Assembly: GCA_037447605.1 (NCBI GenBank)
Contig: CM074805.1
Span: 4,435,361 to 4,499,360, forward strand
Source: Zygnema circumcarinatum SAG 698-1b
Taxonomy: Eukaryota; Plantae; Zygnematophyceae
Length of the DNA stretch: 64,000 bases
Direction: 5' to 3'
The notes below the pieces were generated by a model, which had not been told where the DNA came from, made no database searches, and saw only the letters and a list, made by a program, of their open reading frames with translations. Every line of letters begins with the position of its first letter. Positions within the stretch are counted from its first letter, which is position 1. Positions 50,142 to 61,300 of this stretch are shown here, one piece after another. Both the position numbers and the translations under genes were made by a program.

Positions 50142-50259
50142 CATTGAACTCACGATGGCGAGGCCATCAAATGTACATGAACAAAAGCAGCATGTGGAAC
50201 CACGAGGGACTGGTCGCAAAGGACCCAAGCGCAAAAGATAGAAACTAAGAGCGGAAAAC
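50142..50259 (+). repeat. Third copy of the dispersed repeat seen at 23748-23871
   Basis: CATTGAACTCaCGATGGCGAGGCCATCAAAT...ATGTGGAACCACGA.GGACTGGTC.CAAAGGACC...GAGCGGAAAAC aligns end to end with 23754-23871. Confidence 0.88.
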
Positions 50260-50881
50260 TACGACCTTGCGACCAACTATGCGTCAATGTTAGAGTTCTT
50301 TAAAAATTCATCGTCCCAAAACAGTGACGGTGCATTGTTTTTGTTCAGGGCATCTGACGACGAGTGAGGTAATGACGTAACTCAAAATGACTTTTGAATG
50401 ATTCATCCCCATACAATAGCATTTCATATAAACGCCTGATACGCAGTAGACGGCAACTGACCTAAATCGTGCCTTGTGTCAATGACCCCACCATGGTATG
50501 AATGCGGAATCGACACTGGAAGCAAGAAAGGACCAGCGGACAGTCCCACGATGAAGCTCGAGCACATGTGTCCAACTTTGCCCTTGAGACATGGGCGCTT
50601 CACTTGTTGTGTGGCTATCGATCCACGCCATGGCTGCAGCCACCACCCCCCCTTCCCCCCGCACAGGCTTCCCCCATCGCCAGGTGGAGGTCCCACTGAC
50701 GGAGCAAGGCGCCGGCCCAGAAGAAGGGATGCCTTCCTCCTCCCCGCCCAATGCAGCCATGGATTCGCAATATCGCCGAGGCACGGCAGTATCGCGATAT
50801 GGTCCGGTCACAGTCGATATATCGCGAACTAATGGCACTCCGTATCTGTCCGGTGACGTGTTCCGAACCGCGCCGATGGCT

Positions 50882-51008
50882 GCCACGTGGCGACTCCAAA
50901 TGCTGGCGTGACATCATGCCGCGTCATGCGTGCTGACATGGCGCTAGTGCCGGGGACTAATTTGACGCCACGTGTCAGTCGAGTACCACGTGGATGAGGA
51001 CACGTGGA
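50882..51008. promoter_or_regulatory. G-box cluster upstream of orphan gene 1
   Basis: GCCACGTGGC at 50882, GCCACGTGTC at ~50967, CCACGTGG at ~50986 and ACACGTGG at ~51000. Confidence 0.5.
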
Positions 51009-51267
51009 GCGCACTGGTGGGGGAGGGGGCGCTTGAGCTCTGCAGCCTGAGAGGGGAGGAGGGGGAGGAGGGAGGAGGGAGGAGGGAGGAGGGAGGAGGG
51101 AGGAGGGAGGAGGGAGGCGGGAGGAGGGAGGAGGGAGGCGGGAGGAGGGAGGAGGGAGGAGGGAGGAGGGAGGAAGAGGAGGAGGAGGAGGAGGAGGAGG
51201 AGGAGGGAGACGGAGGGGGGAGGAGGGAGGGGGAGGTGGGGGTGGGGGAGGGGGAGGGGAAGGAGCC

Positions 51268-52530
51268 ATGTCCATGGCGCAGGAGGAGCGGCAGGACTCG
51301 CAGGAGGAGGGGCCCGCCCTGCAGGTGCGAGAGAACAGAGAGGATAGGGAGGATGAGGGGTGAGAGGGAGGGGGAGAGGAGTCATGAAGGAGGGGGAGCG
51401 TGGGAGATAGAGTGAGAAAGGAAGAGAGAGAATAGAGAGTGAGGGAGACGTATGGAGGGAGGGAGACAAAGGGTAGGAAGTTGCAGAGGGCATTGGGGAA
51501 AGAAAGTGAAGGAGATAGAAGGGAGGAAGGGGGGAAGGTCGAGGGAAAAGGAGAAGGAGAAGGGAGGTAAAGGGAGGAAGAGTGGAAATGTAGAGGGAGC
51601 GAAAAGGACACGTGAGGGAGAAACGGAGAGATAGAGGAAGGCGAAAGACAAAGTGATGCAAGAGAACGGAGAAATGGAAGTGTTAGATAGAGAGGGAGAG
51701 AGGAGGGGGAAAGAGCATTGAAAGAAAGAGTAAGGCGAGAGCCCAGATGACCGAACGGTATGTGGGTCGCAGAGAGCAGTGGCTCACATTCACTATTTAT
51801 TTGCTGGTTGACTCACTACTGGTTCAAGCATTAATATCTATAATGCAATCACTGCGGTTAAACCTGATGCACCAGCCAAATTAAAGTCGAGCTACCTGAT
51901 ATCTTTAGTATGCTCTGTTAGCCAGTTTCTGATTCACCCTTAGGCGCTGCTTTAAGCCGCCAAACAACTGATGCTGTGTCAATTGGATGAATTCTCGAAA
52001 GTGAATGCGACAGCAAAGTGGTTGTTGTAAGCTGGAAACATTTTGCAAGAAACTTCTTGTTAAGGAAGCCATTGAATACCCTGCTTCCTACAGACCCCCC
52101 CCAGCGTGGGCGGTATAACCAACTCTGGGAGTACCGAGTACGATTATCCGTCAGAGGAGGATGCTGCAGAGGGGCCTTCAGCCATGAATGAAGAGGACTT
52201 GCAGAATGAAAGCTCTCAACAAATTGGCAACGGTTTCATGAATCACCACAACATGTCGATAGATTATGAGGCGGAGTTGAACGACCGAGAACTGGCAGGT
52301 AATGTACCTTCATCAACAATGAAGTGCAGGCAAATTTTGATTAAAAAAAACTCAGTTCGAATTCTATGGTGCTGAAGCTTACCCCGTTTGAAGACTCCCT
52401 CCTAATGCCTCATGCAGATGAGGTAGTGGCGCAGCAGGAGGGAGGGGGCGAGCAAGAAGCCGACTTGAGGACGGCGGCTGCACAGCCGGGCGAGCTGGGG
52501 GCTATGCTTCCTGAAGAGATGGAAGATTAG
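51268..52530 (+). CDS. Acidic disordered orphan protein, paralog 1
   Basis: Exons 51268-51324, 52094-52298 and 52418-52530 are in phase: MSMAQEERQDSQEEGPALQ/TPPS...EYDYPSEED...YEAELNDRELAG/DEVV...QPGELGAMLPEEMED*. Confidence 0.75.
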
Positions 52531-52547
52531 GGTTAGGATTAGGGTTT
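52527..52547 (+). repeat. Short telomere-like tract TTAGGG-TTAGGA-TTAGGG-TTT overlapping the stop codon of paralog 1
   Basis: GAAGAT TAG GGTTAGGATTAGGGTTT read directly. Confidence 0.8.
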
Positions 52548-53411
52548 GTCTGGGCCGCAGTGACAGCAGGATTGTTAGATCAGCAGTTAGATCATGAGGT
52601 TGGGGCTTGTACAGGAAAAGTTTTTTTTTTTTGGGTTTTTTTTTTTTTTGGTACTGCTGGTGTTGTAAAGAAGGAGTGGACAGCAAACGTGGGAGTGATG
52701 TTCGTATGCACTCCTTTGAAAATCGTTGGTGGAATCGCTGTGGTATACGCTAACTCTGTTTAAAAATAAATGAAGTCATGGGTTGCTGAAGGAGATTTTC
52801 AACCTGTCCTCGCATTTGTTGGGGCATCGTTATACGTCCGTGCTTTCAAAAAACAAAAAAAGAAAAGATGCTGCTTCTACAAACGTTTGTCTTACCAACT
52901 CGTTCTTTGAAATTGAGTCGAATTGGGGTACGAAGAGTGCTGGTCAGAGCAACACCTTCAGAACCTACTCCTGCATTGACATTCTCCTAACTTTACTTTC
53001 TGCTTTTCATCTGCTTCAATGCTCAAAACTTCCACATAACATTAAAGGGACCGGAACTCCATTGAGAGTGCCTCTCGTCTGGAGTCGACAAATCACAGAG
53101 TGCCACGTCAGGAGAAATGCGAACGTGGCAGTCCGTGATTGGCCTTAGCTGAAAAAGGGCACCTTGAACGAAGAGCCGCACTGACATTGGAACCTGCAAA
53201 AGTGCAAAGCGGAGCGCAAAGTCTCGTGCAGGTCCTGCTCCGCCTTCAGACTCGGGTCAGGATCGATGAAGGCAGTTGACAGAGCAAGGCCTGCTTGAAT
53301 TCAGACTTTCAATGTAAAGCCGGCGTCTCTTGCTTCTCTCTCTCTCTCGCTCTGGCTCTCATTCTCTCTCTCACACACACACAGAAGCACACAAAAGCAG
53401 AGCAATCGGCA

Positions 53412-54873
53412 ATGTCCATCGCGCAGGAGGAAAGGCAAGATTCACAGGAAGAGAATCCCTTCTTTCAGGTGCCCGCTGAATGCCCTCGAACCTGTTCTCG
53501 CCAAGCGCATGCCGTGTCTGCCACCGCGTGTTTTGTTTCGCATGAGACCGAGAAGAATACGAAGGAGATGCAGTGGGCGGAGGCAAGTGATATATGCGCT
53601 TGCATTCGAACTGTTGCAGGGCCACCAACCGCCTTCAACAGGGCTGCACTCGTTTGTCAATTTCAGAACTCCAAGTAACATAATAGTTTCTCATTTCGTA
53701 ATACCGTACCTTCAAAAAATTGCTTGAGTCAGAAAAAATTGTGAAGATTCTGTACTTCACGCAGGGGTGCACTTTCAAGAATCAGCGATGCACTACAGAG
53801 AGGAATTTCTATTGAGGAATGATTTGAATTCCTGAGCAGCTGCAATCAGTGAATCATGCATTGAATTGCTTTGCAATGTGCGACTGGACCAACAATCGGC
53901 ACACGGTGCTTCTCTGATTCCTGAAAGTGCACCCCTGGATGTAGTTGCAGAATCTTCAGAAGGTTTCTCGAAAGAGCACTCTTGAAAAGTTAATTACAGG
54001 ATGTTTTTTTTTTTGCTGCCCTTGCTGTTTTACCCTTTCTGCATTTGTGTTGAGCGCGTTCAACGAGTCTATGAAGAAAATTTTCGTCCTCTTTGCGTCG
54101 TCTTATTTCGCTGAAAAGCTGCATGCACCTCATCTACCTTGAGCCAATGACCACATCAAAATGGAAACCTGGAAATCAAGCTTTTTTCTCTCACGTACGT
54201 CATAAGGTTTGTTATGTTGCAGAGCACGCCCAGTCCTGGAGATGATGCGGACTTCCCGGGGGAGTACGACTACCCTGACAGCGAAGGGGAGGGAGCAGGT
54301 CCCCTCGCCTTTGAAGAGGAGGACCTGCCCTCTCCGACTTCTCAAAAGAGCCCAACCGGCTTCAGGGGGGAGATGTCTCCTGCTTATGCAGCGGAGCTCA
54401 ACGACCGAGAACTCATCGGTGCGAAAAAGATGCTTATTGAAATAGCTGTGGAAATCAGGTTATTTCCCAGACGTCTTTTTCCAGTTCTATCTCATGTCAA
54501 CCACATCGCCCTCTCGGATATCCATTTTAGGTCGTCCGATCACGATTCGGTATGGAAACCATACTCCGTTTGAGAGGGTGATGCAAAGATTGTGCATTTT
54601 TTTTTTTTTCTTTTTCTTTTTTTTTACATTTTGTATGCAGACGAGCTGGAGATTGACGAGGAGGAGGGCTGCGACCCGACCCCACCGAACACGCCGAGCC
54701 GGCAGCCAGGAGAGGTGGCGACGATTCTGCCAGAGGAGATGGAGGAGGAGGAGGATGAGAAGGAGGGGGACCCCCCTGCAAAGGAGGTTGGAACTGCTTT
54801 GTGCCAACAAGAGGGCGACGATGGCCTCGCTCAAGCTTTAAGGTGGCTCTTTGAATTCGCGGAGATGGAGTAG
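53412..54873 (+). CDS. Acidic disordered orphan protein, paralog 2
   Basis: Exons 53412-53468, 54223-54418 and 54641-54873 have the same intron phases as paralog 1: MSIAQEERQDSQEENPFFQ/STPS...EYDYPDSE...YAAELNDRELIG/DELE...QPGEVATILPEEMEEEE...LAQALRWLFEFAEME*. Confidence 0.8.
53742..53958. mobile_element. MITE-like inverted repeat (~44-bp arms) in intron 1 of paralog 2
   Basis: TGAAGATTCTG...CAGGGGTGCACTTTCAAGAATCAG (53742-53785) pairs with CTGATTCCTGAAAGTGCACCCCTG...CAGAATCTTCA (53914-53958). No clear target site duplication. Confidence 0.55.
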
Positions 54874-55161
54874 GGTGGCGTGTTTGGCAAGTTTTTAGTT
54901 CATACAAAGAGAGAGATCGCTGCAAGAACGAGTTTTTGGACAGTGTGGGAAAATAAGGGGAGTGTGGGAAAATAAGGGGACCTTATCCCAGTGCGCTTTT
55001 ACTGTAAATATGAGGCAAGGCTGAAATCTGCAACGCACTAAGCGGTTTTCTTCAAAGCTCTGCGCTTTTGGTGGAATTTTTTTCCAGAATAGATTGCTTT
55101 TTGAATGGTCGAGTAATCGCCATTTTGCTTGAACAGCTAAACATGCACGTGAAAGATTTCC

Positions 55162-55261
55162 NNNNNNNNNNNNNNNNNNNNNNNNNNNNNNNNNNNNNNN
55201 NNNNNNNNNNNNNNNNNNNNNNNNNNNNNNNNNNNNNNNNNNNNNNNNNNNNNNNNNNNNN
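55162..55261. other. Scaffold gap (100 N), probably hiding the 5' half of the subtilase gene
   Basis: Exactly 100 N; the subtilase sequence begins in the PA domain immediately after. Confidence 0.9.
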
Positions 55262-55340
55262 ATGCGCATGAAACGCATTGTGCTTCTTTGCTTTAAGAAC
55301 ATTTCAGTCTCTGAATTCTTTTCCTACTCTTTGTGTGCAG

Positions 55341-58300
55341 CCAATGCGCTGATGGAACACTTGATCCCGCAAAAGTCAGTGGGAAAATTCTTGTCTGTGA
55401 TTCGGTTTCGAGCACTTTGCAGCAAGGATACACTGCGAAGCAGGCGGGGGCAGTTGGCATCATCCTCATAGGATCGGTGAAAGTGGAATATCATGTTCTT
55501 CCAGCCATTCACATTTCTTCTACGAGTGTGAGAACCTATGCAACGACCGTTACGTAAGTGATGCAGCTGATTTACTTTCACTTTTTTGGTTAAGCTATTA
55601 TGAAAATTCTAGCACACCCTAGTTCCTTCCAGTTTTTTTTTTAACTCCGGTGGACTCCATGGCCTTTATTTTGCTGTCATTGTGTTCCCTTAGCGGTTGT
55701 GGTGTTTTATTGTGAATTCCCACGTAATGATAATGTCATGACGTGGTACTGACGTTTGTTCGCCGAGTGAACATCCTGAAACTGCCTTGCGCCGTCAATT
55801 TTATTTTTTTCGCTTCATGAGTCGACTGTGCATCGTAGCTGACGCGATAGTCTGGTTGATGCCAGAAATGCAACTGCACGCATAACTGAAATCACCGTGC
55901 AAACGGGATCTCCGCCATATGACCCACCGGCAATAGCTTACTTCTCATCAAGAGGCCCAAATCCTCTCATCGACAATATGAAGGTACACTTGATTCACTG
56001 CAAAAATCTGCTATCCCTCCTTAAAATCATGTGCTCCATTCAGTGGTTGTTGATGTGCACAACACCTTCTCTTGTCTGTTCAACTTCTTCCCTTATTTTG
56101 AAGATTTCAGGGTGCAGGCTCCTTCCTGGCTTGTTTGGCCTTTCTTCCAGGCCAATGGCTGTCGACTTGCGAATCTTTTGGTTCTTACGATGTGGTTGTG
56201 ATGGTTAGTGATGCGTCTTGTGTTGTATGTGTTGTTTGAGAGTCTAGGAGTTCTAGCGGCCGTACAGATGTGTGGTCGATGTACGAATACTGTACGGGTT
56301 AAATATACGGAGAACAGAGAGGACCACATTTGTGAGGGAATTCGAGATTATGTCAGACTTAAAAATCGTCAGTAGGTCGTTCGTAAGTTTTACACCAGAA
56401 CGAGTACTCCGGTGACATCGCGGCCATGCGTAACTTCTGTTCTAGTAACTCTTTTCGTAAGATTTTGCTAAGTCTGACAACCCCTATTGTACGAGGACGA
56501 CGCGAAGCGGGAAGGCGAAGCGTCGCAAGAAGATGAAGGGTACGCAGAGGAGAGTTCTAGAGACAGAGTCTGAGAGCAAGAAGAGAAGGCAGAGAAGAAA
56601 GAAGCTGAGAAGCAGAGGAATTGAGAGAAGGATCAAGTGAAATTGCATGAAGGCCTTTGAAGAGAGTTGAGAGATGTATTGATGCCTTTGCTTGTGTGTA
56701 TACGATCGAGTGGGACTGAGAAATGTTTTCATCATGAGTTTGCTGGAAGTGAAAGAGTAACACTTCCATCACAATGGTCTGCAGTGCTGATCCGTGGTCC
56801 GGTATGTAAGAACCGTGTTATCTCTATTACACCATATGGCGTAATGAATGTTTTAGTTGACGCATTCCTCAAGGTGTCGTCTTCTAACAGAACATGCCGC
56901 AGCATAACGTAGTGATAATGCTACATGCCGTCGCCTGGCACAAGCACAAGGCTTTTTATTTATTGGCTCTATGTTTCTGTTATTTACGCGCGAGCTGCAG
57001 CCCGACGTTGCGGCACCAGGATCGCATGTGTTTGCTTCATACATTCCTCGACGAGTCGCGACGGACCTTTCTGTGAGCGTAGATCCGCGAACCACCACGT
57101 GGGCATTCCTGTCGGGCACATCGATGGCAACTCCGCACGTGGCTGGAGTGGCCTTATTGATCCGCTCACTGCGGCCCACTTGGTCTCCTTCAGCTGTGTA
57201 CTCGGCAATCTCGACTACTGGTAAAACAAAGGAACCCCACCTGACTGGCAGTCTACTGTAATGAAACACTGTACAATATGACGAGAAGTTCTGTACAACA
57301 CGGCTAATAAGCGATGGCTAGAGAGGGCTGTTTGAGATGGGCGAAGGAATAGTCTGTTAATGTTCAACAAGACTCCCAAATTTGTTGGAAAGTCTGCTGT
57401 GTATTTCAACCACCAGAGGCAGAGGCAGAATCAAAGTCAGCATTTCATGATCTCTTGTTTTAGCGTGGTGTGGTGCCTGCAGCGGCTGCAATGACTGGGA
57501 ACATCAACGATTTTGGCAGCGGTCTTGTTCGTCCCAATCTTGCGGCAGACCCGGGGCTCGTGTACGAAACAGGACCATGCGATTATGCCCTTCACTTGTG
57601 TTCTTTCTACGGTAGTAGTACGGTGTTCAGTTATACCGGCTGTTACTGTCCTTCCACTTTCCAGCCGTTTGACTACAATGCCCCTTCCCTCATGATGACT
57701 GGTGTTACCAGCACCGGATTCACCACTGTCCGTCGCGTCACAAATGTGGGCCCCGCTGTGTCAACCTACACAGTGGCAATAAACCAGCCAAGCGGAGCTA
57801 TTGTGACTATCTCCCCGGCTATCCTCTCATTTAATGCAACCAACCAAGTGCTAAATTTTACTATTGCTGTTGTGGGCATCGCAAACACAACGGATTTCTC
57901 CACTGGTGAGTTAATAGTGTGCCCTCTGAGGGATATGACGCGGCCCAGAGAGCTTGTCAATTCCTTTCTGCAGTCTTAGCTCTGGTAGTTGGTCGTGGAT
58001 GAAAGAAATGTGAAATTGAACATTCGTCAAAGCGACTTATGTGGGTTCTGGTTTTTTTCCTTTGATTTCTCCAGGGAACTATGCCATGGGGCAGTGGAAT
58101 TGGACATCAGCAGACGGCAAGTATGTTGTCAAAAGTCCTATCATGGTGAACATTGTGGACATTCTGAGAGTACCTCCTCCTCCCCCTCCTCCTCCAAGTC
58201 CACCGAGTCCTCCTCCTTCTCCTCCTGCTCCTCCTTCCATCACACGTGTGGATTTGCTGCCATACGGCTCAGCGGCAGGGGATGTGACCATGCCACGTGG

Positions 58301-61300
58301 CGATGACGAATCTAGTTCATCGATCGTTCTGCCCTCGCCAATGGCTTTCTTCAACTCAACCCTCTACACTGCCTTCGTCAATACTAACGGCGATGTCACT
58401 TTTGACAGGTTCGGACACGAGCTTTCTGCTACTTCTCTAAAAGAGGCTAAGCTCAAAAAACATTTGTCTTAGATGGCACGTGAGTTTGTCATGCTGATAT
58501 GGTAATGCCTCCTTGCCTGGATACAACCCACGAATTATAAAGTCAGCTATGTCACATTTAACATTAAGCTGCCACCTGTTTGCAGTTCGTTCTCCAATTA
58601 CTCAGCGAAACCTTTCCCTCTTGGAATTAAGATACTCGCACCCTTCTGGTCGGACATTTGTGAGTCGTTCATTCTAGCTCTTCTGCCGCTATATTTTTTT
58701 ATGATGCGCCTTCTCTTTTCTTGCTCAATGTTCATGTAGATTCTATATTTGTAGACTACCTACTATTTATCACCTGCTTAAATGTCTTTAATGTGCTCCT
58801 TTTCGGCCGAAAGATTGGTAATACCGTGACCGTTTCCCAGCTGACGGTTTGATCCTTTGCTGCTGTCCTATTAATATCGCTTGCGTTTATACTCAACATT
58901 ATTGTCCTATTGTTTTCCCTCTTCTCGAAACTGTATGCAGATACACTACCGTCCAATGCCGGCTTCGTCCACTACAGAACGGTGAGCGGCAGCAGCCGCC
59001 CGGAGGACCTCTCCCGCATGGCGTCGGATGTGAGAGGGGCGTTTCCAAGCAGCGCGGAGGCCCAAGCCTTCCAACCCGACGGAGGGCTCGTGGCGTCCTG
59101 GATCGATGTTGGATATTACAAGTGAGTAAGGAACACCGTTCACCTTGTGTTGTTGTGAATCATTCTTTCGCAAGTTGTTGCGTAAGTCCTCGCTAGTTTT
59201 TCGATGAAATCCATATTCTTTGGCACATTCTATTCCCTTGTCCTCGGTATCATTTTTTTATTTTTTCAAAATAGAACAATTTGACGCTTTTGTGTGCTTT
59301 TTGATATGATAGCATTGTGAAGGTATTACTCTACGGATGTCTTCCAAAAAGCTTGATACTTGCATTTTTCCGAAAGCATAAATGAAGGGTGCTTCACGTG
59401 GGAAGCACCCCTGGCAGTCATGAGTAATTTGCTACATTTGTCTCCTGAGTTTATGTGACTTATTTCATATGCGGTGAAGCCGGCGACATTTTCTTTTTGC
59501 TATGTGCTTTTGTAGATGTCCAATTTTTAATATTGTGCACACTTTTCTTAACCTTGCAGCGGTACTGATAAGTTAAACACCTTTCAAGTATGGCTCGCGT
59601 GGAGGTCCAACCCTTCACCGCTGACATATTCCTGTTTCCTCTACCCCCAGGGTGGACTACAATGGCTAGCTCCATCAAGTAAGTCACAATGCGCCAATGT
59701 TGGATGATCTATATATTGAACGTTTGTAATTTGCTTGTTCCTAGTTTTAATCTTGAGCTCTTCACTTTCCAAAGTTGAAAGGCATTAAGCTATAGAGGTT
59801 CCTTTGGTACTCCAAGATCCTTCACAGTTTTGTTGGTCCCAGTTTCTGGTCGCTTAGTGGTTAGCCTAAAATCCATTGTATCTGTTTTCCTAGGAGATGG
59901 TGAAAATTGAAGGAATTGTCGAGGCACTGGTGGTCTGTGTCATTTCGTTCCAGTTCATTAATGGTATGACACGCATTTAATCATTGAGCATCTTGTATTC
60001 TCAAAGGAAAGGTAAAGTAGAGTATAGTAAAAGGTAGTGTACTATGTTGATGAAAGACACTGGGGACAATTAACACGGAAAAATGGATCCTTGCAGGTGG
60101 GCTATTTGCTCAAGCGGGATATGATGGGGGTAATGGAGTGAACTACTTCAGCTTCCCATCGTCGGGGAGCTCCAGTATGTCGAATCTGCAAACCACGACT
60201 AATGTGAATGTGCCTGGAAAATGGTGCTTCAAACTTTCTTTCGATAGAATTTATCCTCCTCCAGGTGAGGATGTCTAAAGCATTTTACCTCAAACTCGAG
60301 CTTGATTAGAACGACATTCTAGTCCTTTTGAATTTCACAATTTCTCGAGCCATTTCTGAGAATAACTAAGAATTCTCAGTATCTCACTATTTCTACCGTG
60401 TTGATATATTGATGTGGTTGCAGCGCCTCCAAGTCCACCACCATCTCCATCAGCTCCCCGTCTCCCCCCGCAGCCAAGCCCTCCGCCGCGCACCAGTCTC
60501 CCTCGTTCAGACCTTCTGCCGTACGGTGCGGCAGCTGGGGATGTGACAATTCCTCGTGGCGACGACGGAAACAGCGGAGCCATTTCGCTGCCCACACAGA
60601 TGTCGTTTTTCGGCTACAAGGCCTCCTTTGCCTTTGTCAACATCAACGGCGATGTCACTTTTGACAAGTAATATATTTCTCTTCTGTTGTTCTCGAAAGC
60701 TTCGCACATCCGCTTGCTGTCATGTAACTCTTGTTCATTTCTCTCCTCATTTTTTCTTTCTCTCGCTACCTTCGAAAATTCCATCCCTTCCTACCTATCT
60801 TTTCTATACGAAACTCGAAATAATATGGCTTGCCGTATTTTGATGAGGTTGTATTAAACTGTGAGTGTCGGCATGAATGTGCAGGTCGTACTCCAACTTC
60901 TCAGCATCGTCAGCTTTTCCTCTTCTAGACAATACTAAGATAATCGCACCCTTTTGGTCGGATATATGTGAGTAGTTCAAGCAATGCCCTTCTTGTTGTC
61001 ATGTCCGCGAATCAAAACAATCCGCAGTCGTTCGATTTAACTTCCCTTCATTGACCTTTTTCTTACGTTTAATTATCGCGCAGCTGTTCTGAATGCATGA
61101 TAAACATGTCTTGCTGCAATTTGAGAGTGATTTGGTTAGGTTTTGAATACTGGTCCATATTGTCTCTCTTTCCCCCAGCGTGAATTGCGAATTTAGAATA
61201 TCCTTTTCCTATGCTTTCGCCATGCAGACACGGTCCCATCCAATGCCGGCTTCGTAAACTACAGAACGGTGAGCGGCAGCAGCCGCCCGGAGGACCTCTC

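Noticed and set aside
50424-50936. Several overlapping 60-135 aa ORFs
   Set aside because: GC-rich promoter region with G-boxes; no homology cue or gene structure.
59387-59411. 9-bp stem hairpin GGGTGCTTC-ACGTGG-GAAGCACCC in an intron
   Set aside because: Too short to distinguish from chance. It is not a terminator in a eukaryotic context.
60121-60140. Suspected frameshift and premature TGA at a G-run in the last NIDO-1 exon
   Set aside because: Recounting gives five G (GAT GGG GGT AAT GGA GTG). The exon is 168 nt with phase 1 at both ends, so the frame is intact.
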